Origin: Nitrosospira multiformis ATCC 25196
GTDB taxonomy: Bacteria > Pseudomonadota > Gammaproteobacteria > Burkholderiales > Nitrosomonadaceae
Assembly (NCBI RefSeq): GCF_000196355.1
Contig: NC_007614.1
Location: 2,130,001 to 2,162,000 of the forward strand
Length of the DNA: 32,000 nt
Direction: 5' to 3'
Part shown: piece by piece, positions 10,463 to 18,561 of the stretch
How positions within the stretch are numbered: position 1 is the first letter of the stretch
Layout: each line of letters opens with the position of its first letter
Made by a program: the position numbers and the translations under genes
The notes under the pieces: model-generated
Told to the model about the DNA's origin: nothing
Database searches by the model: none
Seen by the model: only the letters and a program-made list of their open reading frames with translations

Positions 10463-12205
10463 CTATTGAATAGGTTTGATCGAAGAAACGATCAATTTTG
10501 CATCAAAATTTTCAACGAGTTCACGCACGAACGGATCGGACTCGATAGCCGCGATGGCCTGCGATTGCTTCTCCTGCTTTTCACGATTTTCCTGCTCAGC
10601 CGGGCTCATGCCGTTAACGATTCCCACTGCAAACTTCAGCCGCACCGGCTTATCAAGATACTCCCTCACGGCGGCTTGCAGTCTGTCCTGATAGGTCTTG
10701 TCCAGCAAATGCTTATGGAGTTCCGGTACGCAAAATTCTATTTCATCCTCGGAAGAACTCTTCACCTCGCAATATTGAGCCAGCATTCTGGTCAATCCGC
10801 TTACCTTCAATTGGCCGACTATGGTAATCCAGCTATGACTGAAAGACTGTACGAAGCTCGGCTTTACCGGCGTGGGATCGCGCTCCAGCGAAGCCGGCAC
10901 GGGTCCTGTCGGCTCCCTTGAATCCCCGTTGGCAGCATTCCTGGCCGCCCTCTCTTCCTGGGAGTTTCCTTCCTTTTCTATCTCTGCCATCTCTGTTCGG
11001 TCTGACTGCTGAGCCTGTCGAGGGGTCGAAGGATATTTGCCACTTCCTGGTTTTGTAGGCAAAAAACCTGGCGTTCCTCCGTCCCTGCCTGCCTTCCCTC
11101 CTCCTGACAGGAAATCTTCCGGAATGAAAGCCAGCATACGCAGCAACGTCATGGTGAAACCCGCATACTCATCCGGTGCCCGCCCGAGGTCCTCGCGCCC
11201 GTGTATGGCAATCTGATAGAACAATTGAATATCTTCTGGCGTGAATGTTTTCGCCAGCCGGAAAATCCGATCCCGCTCAGGTTCATCATCACCAATCGCT
11301 GCGGGAACGATTTGCGCCAGGGTCAGACGATGCAGCAGGGTCGCCAGATCCTGCAAAGCGGCGTCAAACGAGAGACTGCGGGTTTCCATCGCATCCGCGA
11401 TCGCAAGCATTCGGGCGCCATCTCGTTGCGCCAGTGCCTCCAGCAGATCAAACAGATACCCCTGATCGACCGCACCAAGCATATCGCGCACTCCTGCTTC
11501 TTCGATCTTTCCCTCGCCAAAAGCGATGGCCTGATCCAGAATGCTCAAGGCATCACGCATACTGCCCTGCGCCGCGCGCGCCAATAACTGCAGGGAAGTG
11601 GCATCACAGTTTATATGCTCCTGTTCGAGCACATGCCTGAGGTGCGAGACGATCAGCGGAAACGGAATCTGCTTGAGGTTGAATTGCAGGCAGCGAGACA
11701 AAACCGTTACCGGAATCTTCTGCGGATCAGTGGTCGCAAGTATGAATTTGACATGTTCCGGCGGCTCTTCCAGCGTTTTCAGCATGGCGTTGAAAGCTGA
11801 TTTGGAAAGCATATGTACTTCATCAATGATGTACACCTTATAGCGTGCAACCGTGGGAGCATACAGCGCGTTCTCCAGCAGTTCACGCATTTTTTCCACC
11901 TGCGTATTGGAGGCGGCATCAACTTCGATCAGGTCAACAAAACGCCCGCCGTCAATTTCGATACAAGCAGAACAGACCCCGCAAGGCTCCGATGTAACTC
12001 CGGCCTGGCAGTTGAGCGCCTTTGCCAGAATGCGCGCTATGGTCGTCTTGCCGATCCCGCGCGTGCCCGTAAACAGATAAGCATGATGTAAACGCTTCTG
12101 TTCGAGAGCATTGGTAAGTGCACGAACAACATGATCCTGTCCGGTCAGTTCGGAAAAGCGCCGGGGACGCCATTTGCGGGCAAGGACTTGAGTCGGGGAG
12201 GACAC
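10463..12205 (-). CDS. dnaX: DNA polymerase III subunit gamma/tau
   Basis: [21 protein letters not shown], Walker [10 protein letters not shown], zinc module [25 protein letters not shown]. Apparent GTG start. Confidence 0.95.
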   Translation of the reverse strand: MSSPTQVLARKWRPRRFSELTGQDHVVRALTNALEQKRLHHAYLFTGTRGIGKTTIARILAKALNCQAGVTSEPCGVCSACIEIDGGRFVDLIEVDAASNTQVEKMRELLENALYAPTVARYKVYIIDEVHMLSKSAFNAMLKTLEEPPEHVKFILATTDPQKIPVTVLSRCLQFNLKQIPFPLIVSHLRHVLEQEHINCDATSLQLLARAAQGSMRDALSILDQAIAFGEGKIEEAGVRDMLGAVDQGYLFDLLEALAQRDGARMLAIADAMETRSLSFDAALQDLATLLHRLTLAQIVPAAIGDDEPERDRIFRLAKTFTPEDIQLFYQIAIHGREDLGRAPDEYAGFTMTLLRMLAFIPEDFLSGGGKAGRDGGTPGFLPTKPGSGKYPSTPRQAQQSDRTEMAEIEKEGNSQEERAARNAANGDSREPTGPVPASLERDPTPVKPSFVQSFSHSWITIVGQLKVSGLTRMLAQYCEVKSSSEDEIEFCVPELHKHLLDKTYQDRLQAAVREYLDKPVRLKFAVGIVNGMSPAEQENREKQEKQSQAIAAIESDPFVRELVENFDAKLIVSSIKPIQ

Positions 12206-12338
12206 GCTATGTCGAGAATCGAATCGGCGAAACGGTTATTTCAGATTTTCAGCGGAGGCTGTAACTGATGGTATGAATCATTGAAGCGTGCAGTTGGGAA
12301 GATGGCACTCGTCCGATCCACCCAACGTGCACAAAAAA

Positions 12339-12440
12339 GGGTGGCGAGCCCGACCCCCGGCACTTGCAAAAAATAGCTGTGGCTGCTTCCTTCCGGACCT
12401 GACCAGGTTCACTACCATGCAATGCGGGGAGGCCCGCCGT
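12339..12440 (-). ncRNA. ffs: Signal recognition particle RNA (4.5S/SRP RNA)
   Basis: The reverse complement contains the invariant domain IV core CCUGGUCAGGUCCGGAAGGAAGCAGCCAC. The 5' GGCGGGCC pairs with the 3' GGGCUCGCC, followed by ACCC and a U-run. The position upstream of dnaX is conserved. Ends are approximate, within about 3 nt. Confidence 0.85.
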
Positions 12441-12954
12441 AAAGCTAAAAGAAAAAATTAAAAAAGCACAATCTCCGTAAACTGAGAAATTGTGCGTATT
12501 CGTAATTGTGATATTTTGCCCGGACTCGAAGCCTACGTCTACTATCGTTCTTTCCAAACGATCAGTATCAGCATCAATTGAGACCGCGAGCGTGAAACAA
12601 GGGTTAACAGGCCGCTGGATGAAGCGGGCAGGCAATCATTTCGGGAGCCGCTACCAAACATTCAGTGCCGGAGAAGATCAGCCTTGGGGGGCATGCTCAA
12701 AACAATGGCTGCCTGATCTCTGCTATTGCAAGAAGACCGAGGCCATGCCCCAAGTGAAGGATCACTGTCGAAGTGTCGTTGTCAGGTAAAATGCGATGAC
12801 ATCGGTGCGAACCCGGAACAGGTTAATCGCGGAATGGCATAGTGTACCGAAACTACGCAAGGATCAAAATCTCCCTCTTCTGGGCCTGTAGAAATGATAA
12901 TGAGATGCGGATTATGATCTGATCCATCCTGCGAATTTTGCAAGGGAAAGAGCT

Positions 12955-12982
12955 GATAAGAAAAACCCGCCGAAGCGGGTTT
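12955..12982 (-). terminator. Rho-independent terminator of the antitoxin-like gene
   Basis: The minus strand reads AAACCCGC-TTCG-GCGGGTTT followed by TTCTTATC, immediately after the stop codon at 12986. Confidence 0.75.
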
Positions 12983-12985
12983 AGG

Positions 12986-13384
12986 TCAAGCTACTTTTCT
13001 TTGTTTTGCAGCCAAGTGGCGCAGATTTTTTGCCGCTTCTTTCCCCATTGACTTCATCTTTGAGGCGGCCTCTTTTAATGCTTCTTTCCTCATTAACTTC
13101 ATCTTTGAAGCCGCCTCTCTCAAAATTTGTTTCTTCTCCGAATCTGCAAATCGCTTCAAAATCTGGCGCATCAGAGGCTGGTAGCCAATTCCATACATCG
13201 AGGCGATAAGCTTAAAATCCTCAATCAAAGACTTCTCAAGTCGTATTGATACAGGTTGCAAAAGATGCTTGTCTGTCAATGCCTGCACATCATCTGAAGC
13301 GATTGCGGCAAACTCCTCTGTTGCTCCCGACTCCCTTGAATTCCGCTCCTCTTTCCTGCTCTCGATTGTCTCTCGATCACTCAT
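12986..13384 (-). CDS. BrnA/CopG-like antitoxin-domain protein (orphan), with an acidic N-terminus and a duplicated basic C-terminal 15-aa repeat
   Basis: AAGGAGAGGG SD. The core VSIRLEKSLIEDFKLIASMYGIGYQPLMRQILKRF fits the pattern (h)S(h)RL...L..(h)K..A...G(h).YQ.L(h)..(h)L that I associate with BrnA/CopG_antitoxin families. No toxin ORF lies on either side. Confidence 0.6.
   Translation of the reverse strand: MSDRETIESRKEERNSRESGATEEFAAIASDDVQALTDKHLLQPVSIRLEKSLIEDFKLIASMYGIGYQPLMRQILKRFADSEKKQILREAASKMKLMRKEALKEAASKMKSMGKEAAKNLRHLAAKQRKVA
13036..13125. repeat. In-frame 45-bp tandem duplication (2 copies, 37/45 identical) inside the antitoxin-like gene
   Basis: I aligned 13036-13080 against 13081-13125 by eye. 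The copies encode EAASKMKSMGKEAAK and EAASKMKLMRKEALK. Confidence 0.85.
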
Positions 13385-13462
13385 GGCCCTCTCCTTTCCA
13401 GTTAATCAACGGGTTACGATACTTTCTGTATATACGCAACTCTTCAGTACCCAGGATCGTAT

Positions 13463-13522
13463 GCCGATTTAATTGTCAACTTCAACTCTTTCTGGATTGG
13501 CTGGATTGGCAATTAAATTGGC
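13463..13522. repeat. Compact 60-bp element made of a 13-bp inverted repeat flanking two different tandem direct repeats
   Basis: Left arm gccgatttaattg (13463-13475). TCAACT x2 (13476-13487). CTGGATTGG x2 (13492-13509). Right arm caattaaattggc (13510-13522). The arms have 1 mismatch. The element lies 79-138 bp upstream of the antitoxin-like gene. Confidence 0.7.
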
Positions 13523-14178
13523 ATATTGTTTATACAAAACGCACCAAAGTCAACCTTAATTAACCATTATGAGCCCAGGTTTTTTCTCTTTCCCCGGACT
13601 CGCCCGGAGCCGGTTTTTATTTCCATACGTTAAGTATTTAACGGTAAAAGCTTTCTTGTATTTCTTGTATTGCTAACCAGCCTACTCGCTTTTTCCTCCC
13701 TAAATGACGAAGCGATTGGAGTAAACTGCTTCCCGCGGTGACAAATAGTCCGTTTGGAATTTAATCTGCTCCCGTTATAGAAGCTCATGATGTAATCAGT
13801 AATATCATGATGAGCCTCGCCGTGAGTGACATGGCACGTTGCCGCGCGCGTTCCATTTCAAGTTCAGAAGAAACGCTCCATGATGCCTTATCCCCGCGGC
13901 TACCCTTATGGCTCATGCTGCAGCTGATCGTGCTGAGCGAGTAGTCTCTGATATTCAAGGCTTGCACTGGATGCTCCCAGCGGAAGGCAATAGTAATCCC
14001 GGGACAGGCTTGGCAACCGGTGATAATACTGACGACGAGTGCCGGATTGAAGATGGCCGACAGATCAGCTCTCTCTTAGTGCAGCATATTCTCGCTGCTA
14101 AAGCTGATGGCCTAAAGCCGATGGTTTAAACCTTGGGATAGAAAACCAGCAGGATGACTAAGAACCCATTAATTTACA

Positions 14179-14509
14179 TTTTGCTCTGGGACCATGGACA
14201 TCCGAACGGATGCGTCCGATTGGGATGACATCAAGGGAGTTCATTGGGTAATCCACGTTCGCAAGGCCAAGACCAAAAAGCCAAGAGCGTCAAAAAACCA
14301 AAAACAATTTCTTCCTTGAGAGAGGTGAAGATACTGGAACCGGCGTACCGGATCCTTCCTGCACAGGAGCAGCATACTTCCTGATCGGTAATGAGGTATT
14401 CCAGAATCCAGGCATGCTAAAGCGCCGGAAGGGAGATAAGGCGATGCGGGAAAGCTACCGGACCGAGATAACGATGGCTTATCAGACGGGCACTCTTATA
14501 CATCCGTAA
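14179..14509 (+). pseudogene. Tyrosine recombinase (phage/island integrase) relic, frameshifted and 3'-truncated
   Basis: Three pieces, read in two different frames. The first is FCSGTMDIRTDASDWDDIKGVHWVIHVRKAKTKKPRA, matching the box I region TG.R..E...L.W.DID....W.I...KTKK.R. The second is PLSREVKILEP-like. The third is GNEVFQNPG. The region carrying the catalytic HxxR and Tyr is absent. A weaker second relic lies at about 13850-13975 (SSEETLHDALSPRLPLWLMLQLIVLSE / RVVSDIQGLHW). Confidence 0.4.
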
Positions 14510-14592
14510 TGCTCTCTGCCGGGAAGTCAAGCATGTGGTAAACTCAGCATATGAGGCAGTCTGCCGGGTGAAGGATCCGGCAGATTCACGCT

Positions 14593-14669
<77 letters not shown>

Positions 14670-14682
14670 CCAGAGAATTGAG

Positions 14683-14712
14683 ATTATAACAAGCTGGGGT
14701 CATAAAGGTCAA
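14683..14712 (-). promoter_or_regulatory. Sigma70-type promoter of tRNA-fMet
   Basis: On the minus strand: TTGACC (14712-14707), an 18-nt spacer, then TATAAT (14688-14683). The -10 element ends 13 nt upstream of the mature tRNA 5' end. Confidence 0.6.
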
Positions 14713-15010
14713 ATCTCTTTTATTACAATTATGGAGTTTATATTCGTCTTAATGAATGCATTGCGGGAAGAGGAAAGGAAAAACGAGAAGCAACTCCTTC
14801 TTTTATATCCTATCATTAATTCCCATTTTCTTATGAGAGTTAGCGCACAGAGACGAGGGTAAAATAGGCGCAATATTTGATTTTGCGATCCTGTGCACGT
14901 TAAATTCCGCTTACTCGCTGCCCTCAGCCGTTTATGCTCGGATAAGCAGAAAGGGGACAGGCCGCCCGAAGGTTAAAGGGTTTAGAAAGGCGATAAGTCC
15001 TTATGAAGAT

Positions 15011-15958
15011 GTGGGCAACATGATTACCGAAGCTGATATTCATGCGGCAAGGATTCTGATTGTTGATGATCAGGAAACAAATGTCCAGTTGCTGGAAAGC
15101 ATGCTAGCCGCTGCAAGCTACACGTCTGTCACTTCGACGACCGATCCGTTCAAGGTGTATGAGTTGCATCGGCAAAACCACTACGATCTGATTTTGCTCG
15201 ATTTGAAAATGGCCGGCATGGATGGGTTTCAGGTACTCGAAGCCTTGAAAGAAATCGAGGCAGATGGATATCTACCTGTACTGGTCGTCACCGCCAACCC
15301 CGATTCCAAGCTACGGGCGCTTCAGTCCGGCGCCAAGGATTTTGTCAGCAAGCCTTTTGACATGAGTGAAGTACTCGCGCGCGTGCATAATCTGCTCGAA
15401 GTGCGACTGCTACATCAGCAAGCGCGCCATTACGCAAAGTCGCAAGAATTCATGGCACTGCATGATCCGCTGACGGGACTGGCCAACAGACGGCTTCTGG
15501 TGGAAAGAGTATCTCAGGCTATCATCCATGCAAAGCGCAACAATAGCGTTATGGGAGTCTTGTATCTGGATCTGGATGGGTTCAGGCAAATCAACAACAC
15601 ATTGGGTCACGATATAGGCGATCTGCTTTTGAAGCTGGTCGCGGCGCGCCTGATTGCCGCAGTTCGCCAGGAAGATACCGTGGCTCGGCTCGGCGGCGAT
15701 GAGTTTGTGATTTCGATGCCGCATGTAAGCAATCTCGATGGCATAAGCCGTACAGCGGAAAAAGTAATAAAAGCACTGTCGCAACCTTACAGCATTCAGG
15801 GAAATGCCATCACCCTCACTGCAAGCGCGGGTGTCGGGATTTTTCCTGATAATGGCAAAGATGCGAAAACCCTTTTGAAGAATGCGGATGCTGCCCTGCT
15901 GGAGGCAAAGCAGGCGAACAAAAATACTTATCGAATTTCAGAACGAGTAAGCGCCTAG
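15011..15958 (+). CDS. Response regulator with diguanylate cyclase output (REC-GGDEF)
   Basis: REC domain: ILIVDDQE...DLILLDLKMAGMDG...AKDFVSKPF. GGDEF domain with an intact active site and an RxxD I-site (RQEDTVARLGGDEF). The start could be GTG 15011 or ATG 15020. Confidence 0.9.
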   Translation: MGNMITEADIHAARILIVDDQETNVQLLESMLAAASYTSVTSTTDPFKVYELHRQNHYDLILLDLKMAGMDGFQVLEALKEIEADGYLPVLVVTANPDSKLRALQSGAKDFVSKPFDMSEVLARVHNLLEVRLLHQQARHYAKSQEFMALHDPLTGLANRRLLVERVSQAIIHAKRNNSVMGVLYLDLDGFRQINNTLGHDIGDLLLKLVAARLIAAVRQEDTVARLGGDEFVISMPHVSNLDGISRTAEKVIKALSQPYSIQGNAITLTASAGVGIFPDNGKDAKTLLKNADAALLEAKQANKNTYRISERVSA

Positions 15959-16193
15959 CGTTCAGCTCCGTTTCGCCATTATTGCCGTGTCGCTGCAAAT
16001 TTCCCATATTTTGCTGAAATCAGGATATTTATCGGAAAACAACGTTCTTTTTCTGAGCGCCAAGAAAATATAATAATGATTGGCTCAAGAAAAAGAAGAA
16101 TCAGTTTTTTCGTGCCCTATTCATCCATCTAGAGAGGTTACGAGCAGGGGAAAATGATGAAATCGGTTAACGGGAACAAACAGGATAAAAATA

Positions 16194-17036
16194 ATGATCA
16201 ATAAACCTGACACTCTGAACGCTAAAATTCTGATCGTGGATGATCAGGAAGCCAACGTCCGGCTGCTTGAACAGATGCTGAGCGATGGGGGTTATAAAAA
16301 CATTACCTCGACGATGGATCCGCGCGAAGTCAGCAATCTCTATCGGCAGAATCGTTACGATCTCATTCTTCTTGATCTGTATATGCCTGGAATGGACGGT
16401 TTTCAGGTATTGGAAGCGCTAAAGAAAATTGAACGGGAAGGTTATCTTCCGGTACTCGTAATCACTGCGCAACCAGGTCATAAGTTGCGGGCACTGCAAG
16501 CAGGCGCAAAGGATTTCGTCAGCAAGCCCTTCGACCTCGTTGAAGTTCAAACCCGTATTCAAAATATGCTGGAAGTGCGCCTGCTGTATAAGCAGTTGGA
16601 GGATTACAATAAAAGGCTGGAACAAACGGTAGCGGAGCGAACCGCAGAATTGCGCGAGAGTGAAGCCAGATTTCGCCGTCTCACGGAACTGGCTTCCGAC
16701 TGGTACTGGGAACAGGATGAAAAGGGAAATTTCACCAAAGTTTACGGTCCTGTCCTGGATATGCTGGGGATTAAGGTCGACCACTTGCTGGGAGAATCCA
16801 AGGGATATAATGGAGCGCACTGGAATGAAGCGGAGTATTCAGTTTTCAAGGCAAATATCGCGGCAAGACGGCCTTTTATCGATTTTATCTACAGACGGAC
16901 CAAGCCGGATGGGTCGACGCAATATCTAATGGTCAGTGGTGAGCCGATGTTCGATTCTTCCGGTCGCTTTACCGGCTACCGGGGTATTGGCAAGGACGTC
17001 ACCGATAGCATGCACGCAAATCAAGCTTCACAATGA
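16194..17036 (+). CDS. Response regulator REC - coiled-coil linker - PAS, with no recognisable output domain
   Basis: The REC domain is paralogous to the upstream gene (ILIVDDQEANVRLLE...DLILLDLYMPGMDGFQVLEALK...AKDFVSKPFD). The PAS-like part reads FRRLTELASDWYWEQDEKGNF...YLMVSGEPMFDSSGRFTGYRGIGKDVT. AGGA SD 8 nt upstream of the ATG. The stop overlaps the truB stop region by 9 nt. Confidence 0.85.
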   Translation: MINKPDTLNAKILIVDDQEANVRLLEQMLSDGGYKNITSTMDPREVSNLYRQNRYDLILLDLYMPGMDGFQVLEALKKIEREGYLPVLVITAQPGHKLRALQAGAKDFVSKPFDLVEVQTRIQNMLEVRLLYKQLEDYNKRLEQTVAERTAELRESEARFRRLTELASDWYWEQDEKGNFTKVYGPVLDMLGIKVDHLLGESKGYNGAHWNEAEYSVFKANIAARRPFIDFIYRRTKPDGSTQYLMVSGEPMFDSSGRFTGYRGIGKDVTDSMHANQASQ

Positions 17037-17969
17037 CTGCTCAAACCTTATGAGTCTTTTCGGCGAGATGTAACCTTCCGTTGAAATTTCCCCCAACCCC
17101 AGAAACCGCTGCGCCTTGTCATACAACCGTACCTGTCTTCCCGGTAAAAGGCTTTCCCCTGCCGGGTGCGTACCGGGGATTGCGCGTCCCTGGAGCAGAG
17201 ATAAAGCCGCAGCGGAATCTACCACAACCGGGGGAAGAGACCTCAGGAGACTATCGGCTGGCAGCAGGCAAGAGTCCCGTTGAGATGGCGGCATAGCTTC
17301 GAGTCCAGTCAGTGTGTATGCCTGCGGCAAATCAAAACCGCCCAGTGCGCTCCGGCGCAATGCAGTAAGATAAGCGCCGCCGCATCCCAGCGCGTGTCCC
17401 AGGTCCTCTGCCAGCGTGCGAATGTAGGTACCGCTCCCGCACGTCACCCGGATGCGCATTTCATTGCCTTGATACGCCTCGATACTCAGGTCGTGGATCG
17501 TTATCGCTCGAGGCTGCCGTTCGATTTCCACTCCTGCCCTGGCAAAGGTGTACATGGGTTTCCCACGATGCTTGATTGCGCTGTACATGGGCGGCACTTG
17601 CGTAATTACGCCGATAAAGCTTTTGCGTACTGCCTCAATTTTCTCCCTGGTCAGATCCACGTATTGAGATTCCATACCGGCAGCAATTGAAATTTCCCCC
17701 TCTGCATCACCGGTCGTACTCATATAGCCAAGTCTCAGCACGGCTTCGTATGTCTTGTCTGCACCGAGGAGCGCCGATGAAAATTTGGTGGCCTCTCCGA
17801 AGCAGATGGGCAGCAAACCGGTCGCCATCGGATCAAGCGTACCGGTATGGCCAGCCTTATGAGCAGAAAAAATGCGTTTGGCGGTCTGCAGGGCTTGGTT
17901 GGAAGAAAGACCGGAGGCTTTATCGAGCAGCAGCACGCCGCTGATATGTCGTTTGCTACCTGGAGACAT
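17028..17969 (-). CDS. truB: tRNA pseudouridine(55) synthase
   Basis: GVLLLDKASGLSSNQAL, the catalytic-Asp motif GHTGTLDPMATGLLPICFGEATK, and a PUA-like C-terminus. It sits downstream of rbfA. Confidence 0.95.
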   Translation of the reverse strand: MSPGSKRHISGVLLLDKASGLSSNQALQTAKRIFSAHKAGHTGTLDPMATGLLPICFGEATKFSSALLGADKTYEAVLRLGYMSTTGDAEGEISIAAGMESQYVDLTREKIEAVRKSFIGVITQVPPMYSAIKHRGKPMYTFARAGVEIERQPRAITIHDLSIEAYQGNEMRIRVTCGSGTYIRTLAEDLGHALGCGGAYLTALRRSALGGFDLPQAYTLTGLEAMPPSQRDSCLLPADSLLRSLPPVVVDSAAALSLLQGRAIPGTHPAGESLLPGRQVRLYDKAQRFLGLGEISTEGYISPKRLIRFEQSL

Positions 17970-18152
17970 TTAAGCTAGGAGGTCTTGGAGCCAGTCCGAA
18001 TCCCGGCAGTTACTATCAAAGGTAGAGCGGAATCTGCGGATAGTGCGGGGAATTGGGAGGGTTCACTATGGGCCGGGTGACATCCGACTTCGGTCACGCA
18101 ACTTGCAGAAATAGCTGCACGAACTCGAGCAGATATAAGCGTGATAAACAAT

Positions 18153-18533
18153 TCAGGTGCTGTCGGTTTCTTTTTCAGAACGGTCGGAAGCCACGGCTTC
18201 ATCTATCAGTTGCGACAACCGGACTCCACGTTCGATGGATTCATCATAAATGAAATGCAGTTGTGGGATGACGCGTAGCTTCAACCGATGCAGCAGCTGG
18301 GTGCGCAAAAAGCCCGCGGCATTTTCCAGCCCGTTCTGGACGAGAAAGTTGTCGCTTTCATTATGCAGCGTGGTATAGAAAACTTTAGCGTGCGCATAAT
18401 CCTGACTCACCTCAACACCAGTCAAGGTAATCATGCCTATGCGCGGGTCCTTGAGTTCGTTGCGGATCAGATCGGCCAATTCACGCTGAATCTGATCGGC
18501 AATCCGCAACGTGCGGGAATAATCTTTGGGCAT
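18153..18533 (-). CDS. rbfA: Ribosome-binding factor A
   Basis: MPKDYSRTLRIADQIQRELADLIRNELKDPRIGMITLTGVEVSQDYAHAKVFYT is the family signature. It sits in infB-rbfA-truB context. Confidence 0.95.
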   Translation of the reverse strand: MPKDYSRTLRIADQIQRELADLIRNELKDPRIGMITLTGVEVSQDYAHAKVFYTTLHNESDNFLVQNGLENAAGFLRTQLLHRLKLRVIPQLHFIYDESIERGVRLSQLIDEAVASDRSEKETDST

Positions 18534-18561
18534 AAAACTTCAATGCAGGACTTTCGCCCCG

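Noticed and set aside
11060-11066. In-frame U UUU UUG slippery heptamer in dnaX (codons G380-F381-L382), just after domain III, where E. coli makes gamma by -1 frameshifting.
   Set aside because: The -1 frame stays open for about 75 codons instead of stopping at once. No convincing downstream stimulatory stem-loop is present; the only pairing, CCAGGTTTT/AAAACCAGG, includes the site itself. A T-run encoding Phe-Leu is easily coincidental. It is only worth testing if a short DnaX form is ever seen on a western blot.
12441-12500. Candidate ffs promoter (TTGTGC, 17 nt, TTAGCT) and the gcacaat/attgtgc inverted repeat.
   Set aside because: The hexamers match consensus poorly and I cannot place the transcription start. 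Too weak to annotate.
12249-12635. 128-aa minus-strand ORF upstream of dnaX.
   Set aside because: It reads straight through the SRP RNA gene (12339-12440), and its translation has no protein-like features.
13594-13616. GC-rich segment ccccggactcgcccggagccgg followed by ttttt, possibly a plus-strand terminator. The 10-mer cccggactcg also recurs at 12520.
   Set aside because: The arms pair poorly, with several mismatches however I align them. No plus-strand gene ends upstream. Repeated 10-mers are expected by chance hundreds of times in a window this size.
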